Below are positions 1-12,474 of a stretch of DNA of 64,000 nt, one piece after another. The stretch covers positions 172,670,001-172,734,000 of the forward strand of contig CM097883.1 of assembly GCA_044892505.1 (NCBI GenBank), written 5' to 3'. The notes below the pieces were generated by a model that saw nothing but the letters and a program-made list of their open reading frames with translations, did not search any database and was not told where the DNA came from. The DNA comes from Schmidtea nova. Taxonomy: Eukaryota. The translations under genes and the position numbers were made by a program. Within the stretch, counting starts at the first letter, position 1. The number at the start of each line of letters is the position of its first letter.

Positions 1-929
1 CTTTGTTCTATATTATGTCGAAGTAGTCATGTCAAAAATATCGATGAGTCATCATTTTTATAACAAAGAAATTTTCAAAAAATTTTCAAAGTTTTTAGTA
101 CCTCCCATCATAAAATTTTTACAGAAATCAAATTAAAAAGATTCCTTTGTATGAGTCATTTGTCTTTGTTCTAGTAAAACTCATAACTTTTTCAAAATTT
201 TTTTCTAAGTCAAGACTAGGGTGTTCAAACCAGTCTTCCAAAAACTGGTTACCGGTTTCCGTGCCCTATTATAAAAACCGGTATTAAACTGGTTGGCTTA
301 TTTTAAAAGCGGATTTTTAAAAAGTACAGCAACGACAAAGAAACGAAACAAAAAAAGTTGAAATTTTAATAATAATTTTAATTTTCAGTTATAAGTTATT
401 GAACACATAAATAGATTGACAAAGCCAATTTAAAAACGGTGTTACCAGTTATCGATGCATTTCCAAGTCTTGTATAAGCCTTTTTGAGATTAAATATTAT
501 TTGTGTACTTATTTAAAAAAATTTTGATCTATAGTCTTACCATCATGGGAATTAGTGATATAAATATTATTTATTGGTTTTTTAGCTTTTTGAATTGAAT
601 AAAATTTTTATTTACAAGCCTGGATTTCTATTTATCAAATATTAACCAAGTTTAATGACTTAATATTACAGATATATTTCCACTACTATTTCATTGATAA
701 ACCATTAGCAATTATAATAAAACATCAAAAGCAAGATTTTACAATATCTTAATCCATTTAAAGGTTAAATTTAAGCAGAGCAAATGTTATTGTAGTAAAA
801 AAATCTCCGTTTACTTGACAAGGAAAATTATGGAACCTAGATTTAATAAATGAATAAAAGTTAGGTGGCGATCCACAGCTCAATTTTTGCTTAAAAAACA
901 ATTCAGCACAAACAATTTCATTTTTATTC

Positions 930-1722
930 ATGACCTAAACAGTTCACTAGGCGGATAAAGTCACACTGATGCTCATGTTTATTTAATAAAAATATATGTT
1001 TTTAGCTTTATAAATTGGAAAAATCTATTGTTACTCGCAAGAAGTGAACATTATATAAAGGATGTGTTGTATTTCAATTTTACAATTAATTTAATTTATT
1101 AATTTAAAATTTAGGTAAAGAATTTTATAATAGTAAAGTAAAAGAAGTGATCAAAGGAATCAATCATTACTCTGTATCTTCTTAATTCAAAGCTGCACAT
1201 GTAGAAAGATTATCGAACTTTAAGAGATCGATCGAAAAATATTTCGTACATCAAGGTAATAAATCTTGGATAAATGTTTTGCCGAATATTATTTTTAGTT
1301 ATAATCATTCGCCACATAGAGCAATAAACGATTAAAACCTGTAAATTTTACAAAGAATTTTAAAAGAAAAGCTGAAAAAAATTGATTAACCACATTATAA
1401 AGTAGTTGATTATGTGAAAATTAGCAAAATCAGTGTTTGTCCATTCATCAAGAATTTTGATAGTAATTGGAGCGATGAAGTATATCAAATTTCTAAAATG
1501 AATATTAATCAGAATCCTGTCATGTATACCATTACCGATCATGAAAACAATGAAATCAGTGGGTAATTCTTTGAATAAGAGTTAGAAGTTATGCCAGCCC
1601 CATCAGTATTCAGAATTCAAAAGATTTTAAAAACCAGAATAGTTGGCAAATATAAACAATATTATGTTCAATGGCATGGGTATGAAAAACCCATGAAAAA
1701 AAAACTTGGATATCTGAAAACC
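930..1722 (+). pseudogene. Polinton/Maverick-type retroviral-like integrase remnant with C-terminal chromodomain-like segment
   Basis: Hand-translated fragments KSWINVLPNIIFSYNHSPHRAI (integrase core C-terminus) and VFRIQKILKTRIVGKYKQYYVQWHGYEKP (chromo-like). Many stops and frameshifts. Lies directly upstream of Polinton capsid-type genes. Confidence 0.7.
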
Positions 1723-1724
1723 AA

Positions 1725-2744
1725 TTGATTATGAAAGAAAACCAGTTTTATATGATTTTGCCTAGTAATGCATGTCCTCTTATTTATCCTAATAATGAAG
1801 CTAGTAATTTTAATGTAGAATTTCAAAATCCAATTTATTTAAATAATAATGACGATTTGGAAGTTGCTTTGATTGATTTTACTTTTGTGTATAATTTGTT
1901 CACGTATTATAGTAATTCTTTTATTCGAATTGAAACTAAAAGAGAAATTCAAGAAATTAATTATTTAAGAATTAATAATCAAAATAAAACATTTAAAGTT
2001 ATAGTTTCTAAACCTAGTTCAGACACTGATGTATTTATTGAAAAATATGAATATTAAGTGTTTGTTTGCCCACATGTTCCATTTAAAATTACATTTCCAG
2101 ATCTTGTACATGCAAAAAGTTTTGGATTGGAAAATACAACAATTATAAGTGAAAATGATCATTATCATTTAAAATTACCAAAATTCATGAATGACAATAG
2201 TCTTGAACAATTTGGAATATTATTAAATTATGACATTAAAACTGTTAATGATCATTATTTTTAAGAACAATTATTCATTACATCACTACCTGAATTGCAA
2301 GGATATTTAATAAAAATTAATCCATCTCCATTTAAAAAAATGAAACTTGTCAATAATAAATTGGTTAAAATTATTCTTCAGGATAATATTTCTAAAATTA
2401 CTTTTGATTCAAATTTAACCAAAACTCTTGGTCTACAGAAACAAACATATACTGATACAGAAATAATCGGTGTAAAAATCTCCATGATTTTACAACTTCA
2501 TCTACTGCAACATTATCGAACCAGTAACTGTTGAAGATGTACGAGTTCCCCTCCTAAAATCAATTTGGATCAAGAAATATGACCAAGGTGAAGTTGTACA
2601 AATTGAAATAAAGAATCCAATGTATTTTCCGATTTCAACATCAACTATAAACAACATTGAAATCAATATTCGTGATGACAATGGAAAATTAATTACATTT
2701 TCAAAAGATACAAAGACTCATTTGACTACATTTTCGTAAAATAA
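1725..2744 (+). pseudogene. Polinton minor capsid (penton/PX-like) gene, copy 1, fragmented
   Basis: N-terminus FYMILPSN..YPNNEASNFNVEFQNPIYL..EVAL and C-terminus NIEINIRDDNGKLITF..HFRKI resemble the Polinton penton-like family. Split over ORFs 1725, 2058 and 2295. Confidence 0.65.
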
Positions 2745-3690
2745 ATGATTAAAAAAAGATTTTTATGTTAATTTACCAAGTAATTCTTACCCGTTGACAC
2801 ATCCCAATAATGAAGCTGGAAAATTATTGTTGAGTATCAAAACCCAATTTATTTGGATAGTAATTGGGAAGTTGCTCTTATGAATTTCTTTTTTGTATAC
2901 AAAGAATTTCCGTTTTATAATAGTTCAAGTATAAAATTCACTATAAGTGAATTACATTCTAGTTATGAATATTTCAATTTTAACCAACAAAATAATGAAT
3001 ATGATATAAGTCACGATTCTAATTATTATTTAATGTATATTGATGGCAATATTTTAAATGTAAATTGTAAATATTTTCCATTTCAAATAATATTTGATAG
3101 TGTTGAAGAAGCTAAAAAATTAGGATTTCAAGAAATAATGGTGATGAATTAAACAAATTTGAAATTCCTACAAATGAAAATAAAAAACTTGATGATACTA
3201 TTCGATTTACTATAACTTATACTTATCCTGTTGAATATACAGATAATTTCAAAGACGATTTAATAATAAATAATCTTACTGAATTATCTGATCAAATTGA
3301 AAGTTTTTATCCCCATCCCTTTAAATTGATTGATATTAAAGAGTGGAAATTAATTAAACTAATTCTTGAAGATGAAATAACTAGTGTTAGATTTAGTAAA
3401 AATTTGGCCAATTCGTTAGGATTAGTAGATCAAGAATTTACAGACAAAATTATTGATGGTGTATATTATTTACAAGTATTACAACTCCATTAACAAATGT
3501 TCATCTATACGAATATTATTCAACCAATTCTTGTTGGTGACATGTCAGTTCCCTATTGAAATGTATTCAAATTGTTGAGAAAAATCCATTGTATTTACCG
3601 GTCAGTTCCACATATATAAAAAATATTGAAATCAATAAAAATTTGCAAAAGAAAACATGACTTACTTGACATTACATTTCCGTAAAATAA
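2745..3690 (+). pseudogene. Polinton minor capsid (penton/PX-like) gene, copy 2, fragmented
   Basis: Paralogous start (FYVNLPSNSYPLTHPNNEAG..EYQNPIYLDSNWEVAL) and the same terminal sequence acatttycgtaaaataaatga as copy 1. Frameshifted. Confidence 0.6.
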
Positions 3691-4098
3691 ATGAATAATC
3701 CAAATATTATCAGTTTCTATAGCAACAGCCAATCAAGTAGTGAATTACCATATTTTGTAGGTAAACAGTATGGTACTGGTTGTTTGAAAACAATAGGTAG
3801 ATTTGCATTACCAATTCTTAGACATGTAGGTACTTTTGGTATGAAAACTGCAAATGATGTGATAAATAATAATTCAAAGATTTTACTCGCACTAAAATCA
3901 AATGCTATTTCTGAAATTAAAGATCCATTAGCTGATGTGATACATGATTTGCAACAAGTAATTAATAAAGTGACTGATGTGTTTAATGAAAATAAAACTG
4001 AAAAGAAACAAAATGGCGGAATTCTTAAACGTAAAAGAAATATGAAGAAACATATAAACAAAAGAATGAAAGGATATGGAACAATATTTGAAAAATGA
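3691..4098 (+). CDS. Small Polinton protein preceding the major capsid gene (core-protein-like, basic C-terminus)
   Basis: 135-aa ORF with Q.G.G...GRFALPIL motif and basic tail KRKRNMKKHINKRMKG. TAAATG and ATGA stop/start junctions with its neighbours. Confidence 0.5.
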   Translation: MNNPNIISFYSNSQSSSELPYFVGKQYGTGCLKTIGRFALPILRHVGTFGMKTANDVINNNSKILLALKSNAISEIKDPLADVIHDLQQVINKVTDVFNENKTEKKQNGGILKRKRNMKKHINKRMKGYGTIFEK

Positions 4099-5218
4099 TT
4101 AGTGCAAAATCTGAATTATGTCTTTTTGACAGATCATCTCCACAAGCAGTGATTGAACATGGTGTATTTGAAGATATTTACCCAACAAATTCTATTACAG
4201 GTGCTGGAACATCATTTATCCAATTTTACATCAATGGATCTCAAACTGAATATTTAGATTTGAACGATGCTTTACTATCTCTTCAAGTCAAAGTTGTACA
4301 CAAATCAGGTGAAAATCTAGGATTGGATGCTGATGTTACTCCAAATAATTGCTTTTTCCAAACTCTTTTTAAAGAAGCTGAATTAATTTTAATTCTATAA
4401 AAGTTGAAGGGGGAAATGATACATTTACACACAAAGCCATGATTGAAACTATTTTCAACTACAATAATGATACAAAACACACATTTTTAATTCCCATGAG
4501 ATATAATGAACATGATCTTACTAGAAAAACATTGCAAAATCAAAGCCATTCTCAATTTGTTCTCCATTACATGAAACATTAAATTGACGAGATCAAACTC
4601 ATCCAATAGTTTAACATGTACAAAAGTTTAACCTATAATAGAATTATTAGAAGCAAAATTAATGGTAAGAAGAGTTAGAGTTGAACCTTCAGTTTTGGCT
4701 GGGCATCAAATTGGACTTGGTACAATAAATGCAATTTATCCCATAAGAAATAAGGAAGTTGTAAAATTTTCCTTGCTGATGGGTTCTTCGTTTTATAAGG
4801 AAGAAATCTTTGGAGATAGACGATTACCAAACTTTATTCTTGTTGCGTTTCAAGGAAATAAAAGACATAGTGGTTCATTTACTGAAACCTATTCTATTTA
4901 CGATCATATTAATGTAAAATCTTTAACTTTATCAAAAAGAAGTGATTATCGTGAAAAATACTCTCAAGATTTTGAAAATGATAATTGTAGTACTAGTTAT
5001 ATGCAATCTATTGTCCGTAATCTTGGTTATCTTAATAAAAGTATGAATTGTGGTATTTCATTAGTCGATTGGAAAACCAAGTATCCCCTTTATACCTTTG
5101 TTTTAGTAACATTTCCATTATTAATCATAATATAAGACGTTATTTCCAAAATTATATTCTATTTAAAACTGTAATATTTAAACAAATATTAATCTAAATA
5201 TCGTCACTCTCCCCTTCT

Positions 5219-8200
5219 TTAAGAACTGTGATACTCTTTCAGCCATTCAATTCTTCTGCATCTTTTCCCACTTGGATATTCTAGTTCAACTTGGTGTTTC
5301 GTTGGGAAACCAAGAATCTTTACAGGACCTTCGAACAAATTACCATGCTTTGATCTCTTATGGGGATCCATTTTTTCTAGAACTCTCTGACCAATCTCAA
5401 AATGCCGATGAATTTTCTTATCTGCATCTCTTGATCTCATTTTATCTGCCGCTACCTTAATATTATTCTGTGCTGTCAATAATACTTGTTCTCGATTAAG
5501 ATCTATAAATGAATTATTTCCATGTATATTAACCTTTCTTCCAAATAGTATTTCCATTGGCGAAAATCCCGTAGAACTCTGTGTTGTTGAGTTCAAGGAA
5601 TATTCTATTTTTGGCATAATGTCATCCCAACACCCTCCAATTTGCCCATCATTCAGAAATGTCACGATCATATCACGAACCGTTCGTATTACCCGTTCTG
5701 CTAAACCATTAGACTTATGATCATATGGTGAGGTAAATATCCATTCGATGTTAAAATTATCCATTAACCCTTTGATTTGACTTCCTTCGAAAACTTTACC
5801 TCTATCCGAAACAATGTAAGCTGGTTTACCGAATTTGTATATCCAATTGTGTAAAAGTACCCGATATATTGTCTTTTCACCTTGGTTCTGAGTAGACGTT
5901 AAACTAACCATCTTGCTGAACTGATCAATTATTACTACCAAATAACGGTTACGGTTTCTGGTTTCTTTCATATGAGCAATATCGATTACGATTTGTTCCA
6001 TCGAACTCATTATTACCCTAGGAATTAAATACTCAGCTGTCTTACTTGTCAACACTTTCCTTCTCATGCATACATCACATTTTTTTATAATATCTCGTAT
6101 ATCGGTTACCATGTGTATCCAAAAAAAATAATCGTTCATATAATTTGTTGCTTTCTTAACTCCTAAATGACAGAGTTCTTTGTGCATATGCTGTACGACT
6201 TGTGACACCATTTTCTGCGGAATTATTATCTTCTGCTTATCATCATTTACTATTAATAACAGATTGTCTTTTACAAATATCTGATCCAGTCTTTTGGAAT
6301 AAGGTGAATCCCGAATCAAGTGAGGTATCTCGGGACTCGGGTTTAGTACATATTTCTTTATTGTAGACAGCAAATTATCTGTTTCCTGATTCTCAATATA
6401 TACCTGCATATTTAAATTATTTGAAGTAATCACGTTCAAAAATCTTATTCGGCTCTTCTCAAGTTTTCCTTCTTCGTGTTCAGTTTGACATTATGAGCAA
6501 TAACTTAGTAATATCCTCGATAGTCCATCAGCGTTACTATGATTTTCACCCTTCCTATATTTTAAATCAAAATCATAACCTGACAACTCACTCAACCATG
6601 TTTGGAATTGTGGACTTATTGGTTTCGAAGTTGACTTTAAGAACTTTAAAGCCTTGTGATCCGTACGTATATCAAACTTTTTCCCATATAAATAATGCCG
6701 AAAATATAAGACGTACTCGTATATTGCTAATAATTCTTTTCTAGTCACACAGTATCCTTTCTCATGAGCACTTAAAAGTCTTGAACCATATGCTATGACT
6801 TTTTCACAACCATTTTGAACTTGGCTTAGAACAGCACCAATTCCGCTAAAACACGCATCAGTATACAAAATAAAGTAATCGACCTTATTTGGAAACGCCA
6901 ATATTGGTGCACTCGATAGTGCATGCTTAAGTTTTTGGAAACTTTCCTCACACTCGTCATTCCATTTAATATCTTTTTCATGTCCCTTTGTAGCTTCATA
7001 AAACGGTTTGACTATTTCAGCAAAATTTGGAACAAATTTGCGATAATAATTTGCTAATCCCAAAAATGAACGTAGTTGTTTACTGCATTTCGGTATTTTA
7101 ACCTCAATAATTCTTTTTATCATCTTGTTTTTCGTGGATATACCTTCTGCTGAAATTTTATGCCCCAAGAATATCAATTCACTTTTATAAAAACTACATT
7201 TCTTAGGATTGATCCTTAACCCCGCTAATTTAATTCGCTTGAAAACTTCCTCCAAATTTCTATTGTGTTCTTCGATAGTTTTTCCATATATCAGAACATT
7301 ATCTAAATATGCTGCAACACCGTTATACAAAATATCATCAAATAATATGTGCATAAGTCTTTGGAAAGTTGCTGGAGCTGTGGATAATCCAAATAGCATT
7401 CGATTGTAGCAAAACTGTCCCTTCTTTGTAGAAAACGCTGTTTTTAACTGAGACGCCTCATCAACATATACCTGATAATATGCCTGCCCCAAGTCTAGAG
7501 ATGAAAAAACTGAAGATCCCGACAAAGAAACGAATATTGTTTGGAAGTCCGCCATTGGAAAACTGAATTTTTCAGTAACTTCATTGACTTTTCTAAAGTC
7601 TTGACACATTCTGATTGATCCATCTTTTTTACCTACCACGACCGTAGGTGAGTTCCATGGGCTTTGGCATTTCCTGATAATGCCCATTTTTAATAATTTC
7701 ATAATCATATCGTCCACTTTTGATTCCATTTGCATTGCCATGCGCCTGTGATTTTGAATTATTGGATTTCCCGACGTTTTTATAGTATGAGTAACTAAAC
7801 TAGTACAACCTAAATCAAAATCCGATGCCATGAAGATCGAACTATACATGGTTACTAACTCCACCAGTTTTGGATCTGGATTTGGTCCAAAAATATCCAG
7901 CGCTTTTTGACATCGTTCTTTATCACTGTAGCTAACACCAACCGTATCTGAATCGATTAATGCAATTGATGTATCTGGCACCAGTTTTATTTTAAAAGCT
8001 AAAACCAAATTCATTCCACCCACAAAACTTGGACTTATATCTCTAACCACAATTACCTTTACTTTCTGACACAATTCATTCCAAACAATCGAAGTCATAA
8101 AATCACCTAAGCATGATATCGGTTTATTCCCAAACGCACCTCTGAGCGCAATATCCAAAGGTTTTAAAACTGGACTGCCACACTTTCTCCATATGGCCTC

Positions 8201-8382
8201 TGACATTACCATAACCGATGCACCTGTATCCCACAACATCTCAATCACTTTTCCATAGCATTGAACAAAACTCCACCACCTTCCATCCGTATTCTTGAAC
8301 ATCATAACATTTCGGTTTTCTGTGTTTTTCACATTTAATTCAACGACTCCACAGACGAAATGTTTGCCATGGAGCGTATCTC
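5219..8382 (-). pseudogene. pol: Pol (PR-RT-RNaseH-IN) of the compact gypsy element, inactivated
   Basis: DTGAS protease, RT with YLDN in place of YLDD, RNase H TDA..TDHKAL, integrase HHCC and D,D(35)E. The RT/RH ORF (6491-8332) and IN ORF (5219-6439) share one frame separated by a single TAA at 6491-6493 (YCS*CQ). Confidence 0.9.
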
Positions 8383-9597
8383 GTTTAAAGGACGTTCTTT
8401 GTTATTTCTTCTATGACCTTCTGTAGTCGATCCTATTTCATTTACTTCAGATTCTGACGTGCCATCATTCTCAAGGTCTTCATACGAATAAGTCAAATTT
8501 CCTAAATCATTCTCTTCTTGAATACAGTGGATTTTTCTTGTATTATTACTTCTTAATAGAGGGCAATTATTAAAAAAATGATCATTTTTACTACATATTA
8601 AACAACATTTGCTTAAAGGACAATTGTTCCGAATATGACCTGATTCGCCACAACAATAACATTGACCGGGTTGTAAGGGTCGCAATTCTGGTTCCGGAAA
8701 CCCTTTCGCTTTGTTGTAAACTCGTCTTGCAATATGTTTCATAGAAACCATAGGCCTATTGGGTCTCTCATTAACCAATAAACTTTCTGAATTTCGCCTT
8801 CTTTCAGTGAAATGTGGTCTATTGCCATTTTTGTCGTAATTTCTTTTATTACTGACATACCGATTAGTCTCTGGAACTGATGGTCTAAGCACTGGGTGAA
8901 CATTCTGCCTTACTGGGATTTTATTTCTTGTTACAGATGCATATGACGATTGTTTCCTATTATCTGCCAGTGCAAATATCTCTCTGGTGTCTTCTGTATG
9001 TAAATTATTTTCAAAGTTTACATTCATTTTCTCTATTTCTGTGAGAGATACTTCTGGGTTCATTGCAATTGCATCCTTAACTTTTTCTGAATACATACGT
9101 TTTGTAACAATATCCTTGACAATCATGTCTTCCGTTTGATTTGCGGAAAGAACTTCACGGACTAATTTCCTCACTCTGATTATAAAATTTTCAAACCTTT
9201 CGTCCGATCTCTGCTTTATCAGACTCATGTCTTCGATATTTTGTAAAAAACTTTTGGATTTTACATATTTTAAAATAAACCAACCTTTTACCTCTTGATC
9301 TGAAGCCGGAGTCTTAAGTGTCTCCTTAAAGGCCATCCATAATTCTTTTGCATCTCCGTGTAATAATAAATCAAATGCTGCTCCTAAATTGAGCGAATTT
9401 ATCGTCACAAATTCTTCAATAGATTCAAGCCAGTCCTTTGCATTTTCTTCTTTTCCTCCAAAAAACTTCTTTATCACTGGGTAAATCGATTCTTGAATAT
9501 TTTTTGGCAAAGATTCGACAATTTTCTGCCTTTGTTGTGATCTTGTAATATCTGCGATTTCGGCGTGGTCGCCAGTAACATTTCCATTATTAGTCAT
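8335..9597 (-). CDS. gag: Gag of the compact gypsy element (capsid-like region plus two CCHC zinc knuckles)
   Basis: FFGGKEENAKDWL..KQRSDERFENFIIRVRKL; CYCCGESGHIRNNC and CLICSKNDHFFNNC. First ATG is at 9597, inside the 5' LTR. Confidence 0.9.
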   Translation of the reverse strand: MTNNGNVTGDHAEIADITRSQQRQKIVESLPKNIQESIYPVIKKFFGGKEENAKDWLESIEEFVTINSLNLGAAFDLLLHGDAKELWMAFKETLKTPASDQEVKGWFILKYVKSKSFLQNIEDMSLIKQRSDERFENFIIRVRKLVREVLSANQTEDMIVKDIVTKRMYSEKVKDAIAMNPEVSLTEIEKMNVNFENNLHTEDTREIFALADNRKQSSYASVTRNKIPVRQNVHPVLRPSVPETNRYVSNKRNYDKNGNRPHFTERRRNSESLLVNERPNRPMVSMKHIARRVYNKAKGFPEPELRPLQPGQCYCCGESGHIRNNCPLSKCCLICSKNDHFFNNCPLLRSNNTRKIHCIQEENDLGNLTYSYEDLENDGTSESEVNEIGSTTEGHRRNNKERPLNEIRSMANISSVESLN

Positions 9598-9895
9598 AAT
9601 ATAAGACGTTATTTCCAAAATTATATTCTATTTAAAACTGTAATATTTAAACAAATATTAATCTAAATATCGTCACTGTTTTGGCTCCAGATTTTGATCT
9701 TAATCAAAGCCAATTACCTCAACAGGGAAATCTACGACTAGATATTAAATTTGGAACACCATTGACTGAGTCAGTTTCTGTAATTGTATATGGATTTTTT
9801 GAAAAAGAATTGCAAATTACATCTAATCGCACAATATTGATTTGATTAAAAATTACTGGTTTGTTATAAACTAATTTTTAAATAAATAAGAATAA

Positions 9896-10276
9896 ATGAA
9901 GTAAGATTTATTTAGAAACTAAACTTCTTAATGATTCTAGTTCAATTCAGATAGATCATATTACCAGAAAATTAATTGAATCAGAATTTCTTGGAATTTT
10001 TCCATTAGATAAAATTCTTTATATTGATGTGAACAAAGCTTTGATTGTCAACACACAATCATCAAATCTCAATTGTGAACATTGGCTTGCAATTTACGTT
10101 AAACCTGATAAAATATATGTGTTTGATCCAATGGGATTCTATTATCCGTCAATATTAGTCTCAAAACTAGTCAATGATAAAACCAATAGAATATAACAGA
10201 ATTCGTTATCAAAATCCAATGACAAAAACATGTGGTCAGCACTGCTTAGCTTGGTTAATTTCAATGTATATTAAAT
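9896..10276 (+). pseudogene. Polinton adenain-like cysteine protease remnant
   Basis: Hand translation FLGIFPLD..IVNTQSSNLNCEHWLAIYV..VFDPMG and YQNPMTKTCGQHC (His/Asp/Gln/Cys motifs). Frameshifted. Follows the capsid gene. Confidence 0.75.
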
Positions 10277-10554
10277 AAAATTTATTATAAAACAATGTCT
10301 TATTAATTATCTAATAGTTTTATCAGTCAGGATTACCAAATTTGATTTATGTAATAGATTATACGACAAAAATTCGTATTTTAATGATAATCCCTCCATT
10401 TTAGATCAATCAATACCAATCCGTTAATAGTTTATTCTTCTTTAATGGTAATTGGATCCTGACAATCCCCATAGTTTAAGGTAATCCTTTGATATTACAC
10501 AATTAGATTGAATTATGTAATTAGATCGAATAGTTTGTTATTACACACACAAAA

Positions 10555-10558
<4 letters not shown>

Positions 10559-10608
<50 letters not shown>
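10559..10608. repeat. (TA)n microsatellite
   Basis: Pure dinucleotide run. Confidence 0.95.
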
Positions 10609-10611
<3 letters not shown>

Positions 10612-10774
10612 AAATATCGAAAAAATGATGGCCTATTATTAATAAAAACACGAAATCGCCAAACAATAGAAATATATTTCAAGGACATAGTCATCATCAT
10701 CAGTCTGCCATCATAATCTAAATCAAATGTTATATACGGAAACAGTAATGACGTAATGGCTATGATTTAATGAG

Positions 10775-11001
10775 TTAATTAAATAATCTCAATATATTCG
10801 TTGCTGATTGAATACTAATTGTAGGGGATTGTGATTTAATCACCAACGCCTCACATAATATTCTTTCCCATTTATTATTAAAGTTTTTTAATATAATTTT
10901 AAAATCTTTTAAATCAGTTTCTCCTATACACATTTTTCTATGCTCAATAATATTACTCACACCTCTCAATCGGCTATGTTCCTGAACCCGTGTGCGGAGA
11001 T

Positions 11002-11006
<5 letters not shown>
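10775..11006 (-). mobile_element. Penelope-like element GIY-YIG endonuclease C-terminal fragment next to a (TA)n tract
   Basis: RHLRTRVQEH..IIEH..FKIIL..ERILCEALVIKSQSPTISIQ matches the pattern at the end of Penelope GIY-YIG domains. Confidence 0.6.

Positions 11007-11072
<66 letters not shown>
11007..11072. repeat. (TA)n microsatellite
   Basis: Pure dinucleotide run. Confidence 0.95.
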
Positions 11073-11075
<3 letters not shown>

Positions 11076-11890
11076 TATACAATTTCAAAATTATTCATTT
11101 CTAAACAATACCCAACTATAGTAAGTGTTTTCACAAAAATTTATTCATAAAGTTAATTTTAATTTAGAAATGACAAACAAACAAGTTAAAAAACAACAAT
11201 TGAAAAATGAAATATCAATCGATCAAGAAATGCTCAACAATAGGGAAATAATCAACATCTAAGAAACAAAAATCACTGTAAGTATTTCTAAAATTGATAA
11301 TAAAATACATAAAAATAAGCAAGTATGCTGCCGAATTTTTAAATAAAGAAAGTATAGAAATGATAGATTTTATTATAAGACACTTAAAATCTTCCAAATT
11401 GGTCGAATCAAATTATTTCCTGATTTCGTTCGTTGTATTAAAATCTTTATTTCATATTTAGTTTCATCTTTGATTTTGCTGTCTTTATCACAATTCATAA
11501 ACGTAAATTTTTCATTAAAGTTTATTTCATTATTGATCACCCTGAGAATATCACTTAAATTCTTCCGATCTATATCTTGAATATTTCCAATTTGTATGTT
11601 ATATAGACATGATTTCAAATTAACAGGTTCCTAAAGATGTATCTTAAATAGATATTACTTTGAATAAATATTAGCTTGAATGAATAAGTAATAGGAAACT
11701 TCAAATAATCCATTGAATATTGAATGAATCGAACTGTTGGCTTAAACTTCATATCGACAACAGAAATACCGTTTTCTTCTAAAAGCAAACTAGCAATTTT
11801 TGAATTCATCATTATTGATTTTTTCTAAATTAAAATTTCATTTATAGGTCATAATCAAATTTGATTGATTGCATACTTGATATTACTTTA

Positions 11891-12054
11891 NNNNNNNNNN
11901 NNNNNNNNNNNNNNNNNNNNNNNNNNNNNNNNNNNNNNNNNNNNNNNNNNNNNNNNNNNNNNNNNNNNNNNNNNNNNNNNNNNNNNNNNNNNNNNNNNNN
12001 NNNNNNNNNNNNNNNNNNNNNNNNNNNNNNNNNNNNNNNNNNNNNNNNNNNNNN
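11891..12054. other. Assembly gap (164 N) flanked by (TTA)n-like low-complexity sequence
   Basis: Run of N. Confidence 1.
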
Positions 12055-12474
12055 TTATTATTTATATTATTTTTATTATTATTAGTTATATTATTATTAT
12101 TATTACTAATGTAAGCAAATTATACCCAAATAACTATTTTTAAATTGATCACAATGAGCCGTGTCATATTACAATGAACCAATATTTCGGTCATAATTAT
12201 TATAATATTAGATATTTTATGTGTCCTGTATGCATAACTTCTCAACCCATTCATTATCATTTTTTTATGATCAACACAAGGATCACTTAGAACAATATAC
12301 ATCCACTAAAAAAATAAAAAATTTTAAACGTCCTAATCTAAGTAACACAAATTTTTTTCAAAATAAAAAGATTAAATTAAACCCTTCGACAATGGAAAAA
12401 ATTCATTTACCAAAAAATGAACCGCATATTTCTGATGACGATTTGTTGAAAGCGTTGGAAGAAACAATGGAGCG

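Larger units (their letters stand above)
5105..9677 (-). mobile_element. Compact Ty3/gypsy LTR retrotransposon, 4,573 bp, 104-bp LTRs (5105-5208 and 9574-9677), 5-bp TSD GTTTT
   Basis: The two LTR copies differ at one base (5124 A vs 9593 G). Minus-strand termini AGT...ACT. TSD at 5100-5104 and 9678-9682. PPT AAAGAAGGGGAG at 5209-5220. PBS-like TGGCGACCACG at the 5' LTR boundary. Confidence 0.95.
4095..9845 (+). pseudogene. Polinton major capsid protein (PY/hexon-like), interrupted by a gypsy element (coding parts 4095-5104 and 9683-9845)
   Basis: KSELCLF..IYPTNSI..IQFYINGSQTEYLDLND N-terminus. Removing 5105-9682 restores YPLYTFVLAPDFDL..GNLRLDIKFGTPLTESVSVIVYGFFEKELQITSNR* in frame. Confidence 0.85.

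Noticed and set aside
217-310. TAGGGTGTTCAAACC.. hAT-like end; similar ends at about 17597 and 20800-20820
   Set aside because: Matching partner TIR and 8-bp TSD could not be established.
10775-12143. ORFs containing YIYIYI runs or X runs (also 21906-22142)
   Set aside because: Artefacts of (TA)n tracts and the N gap.
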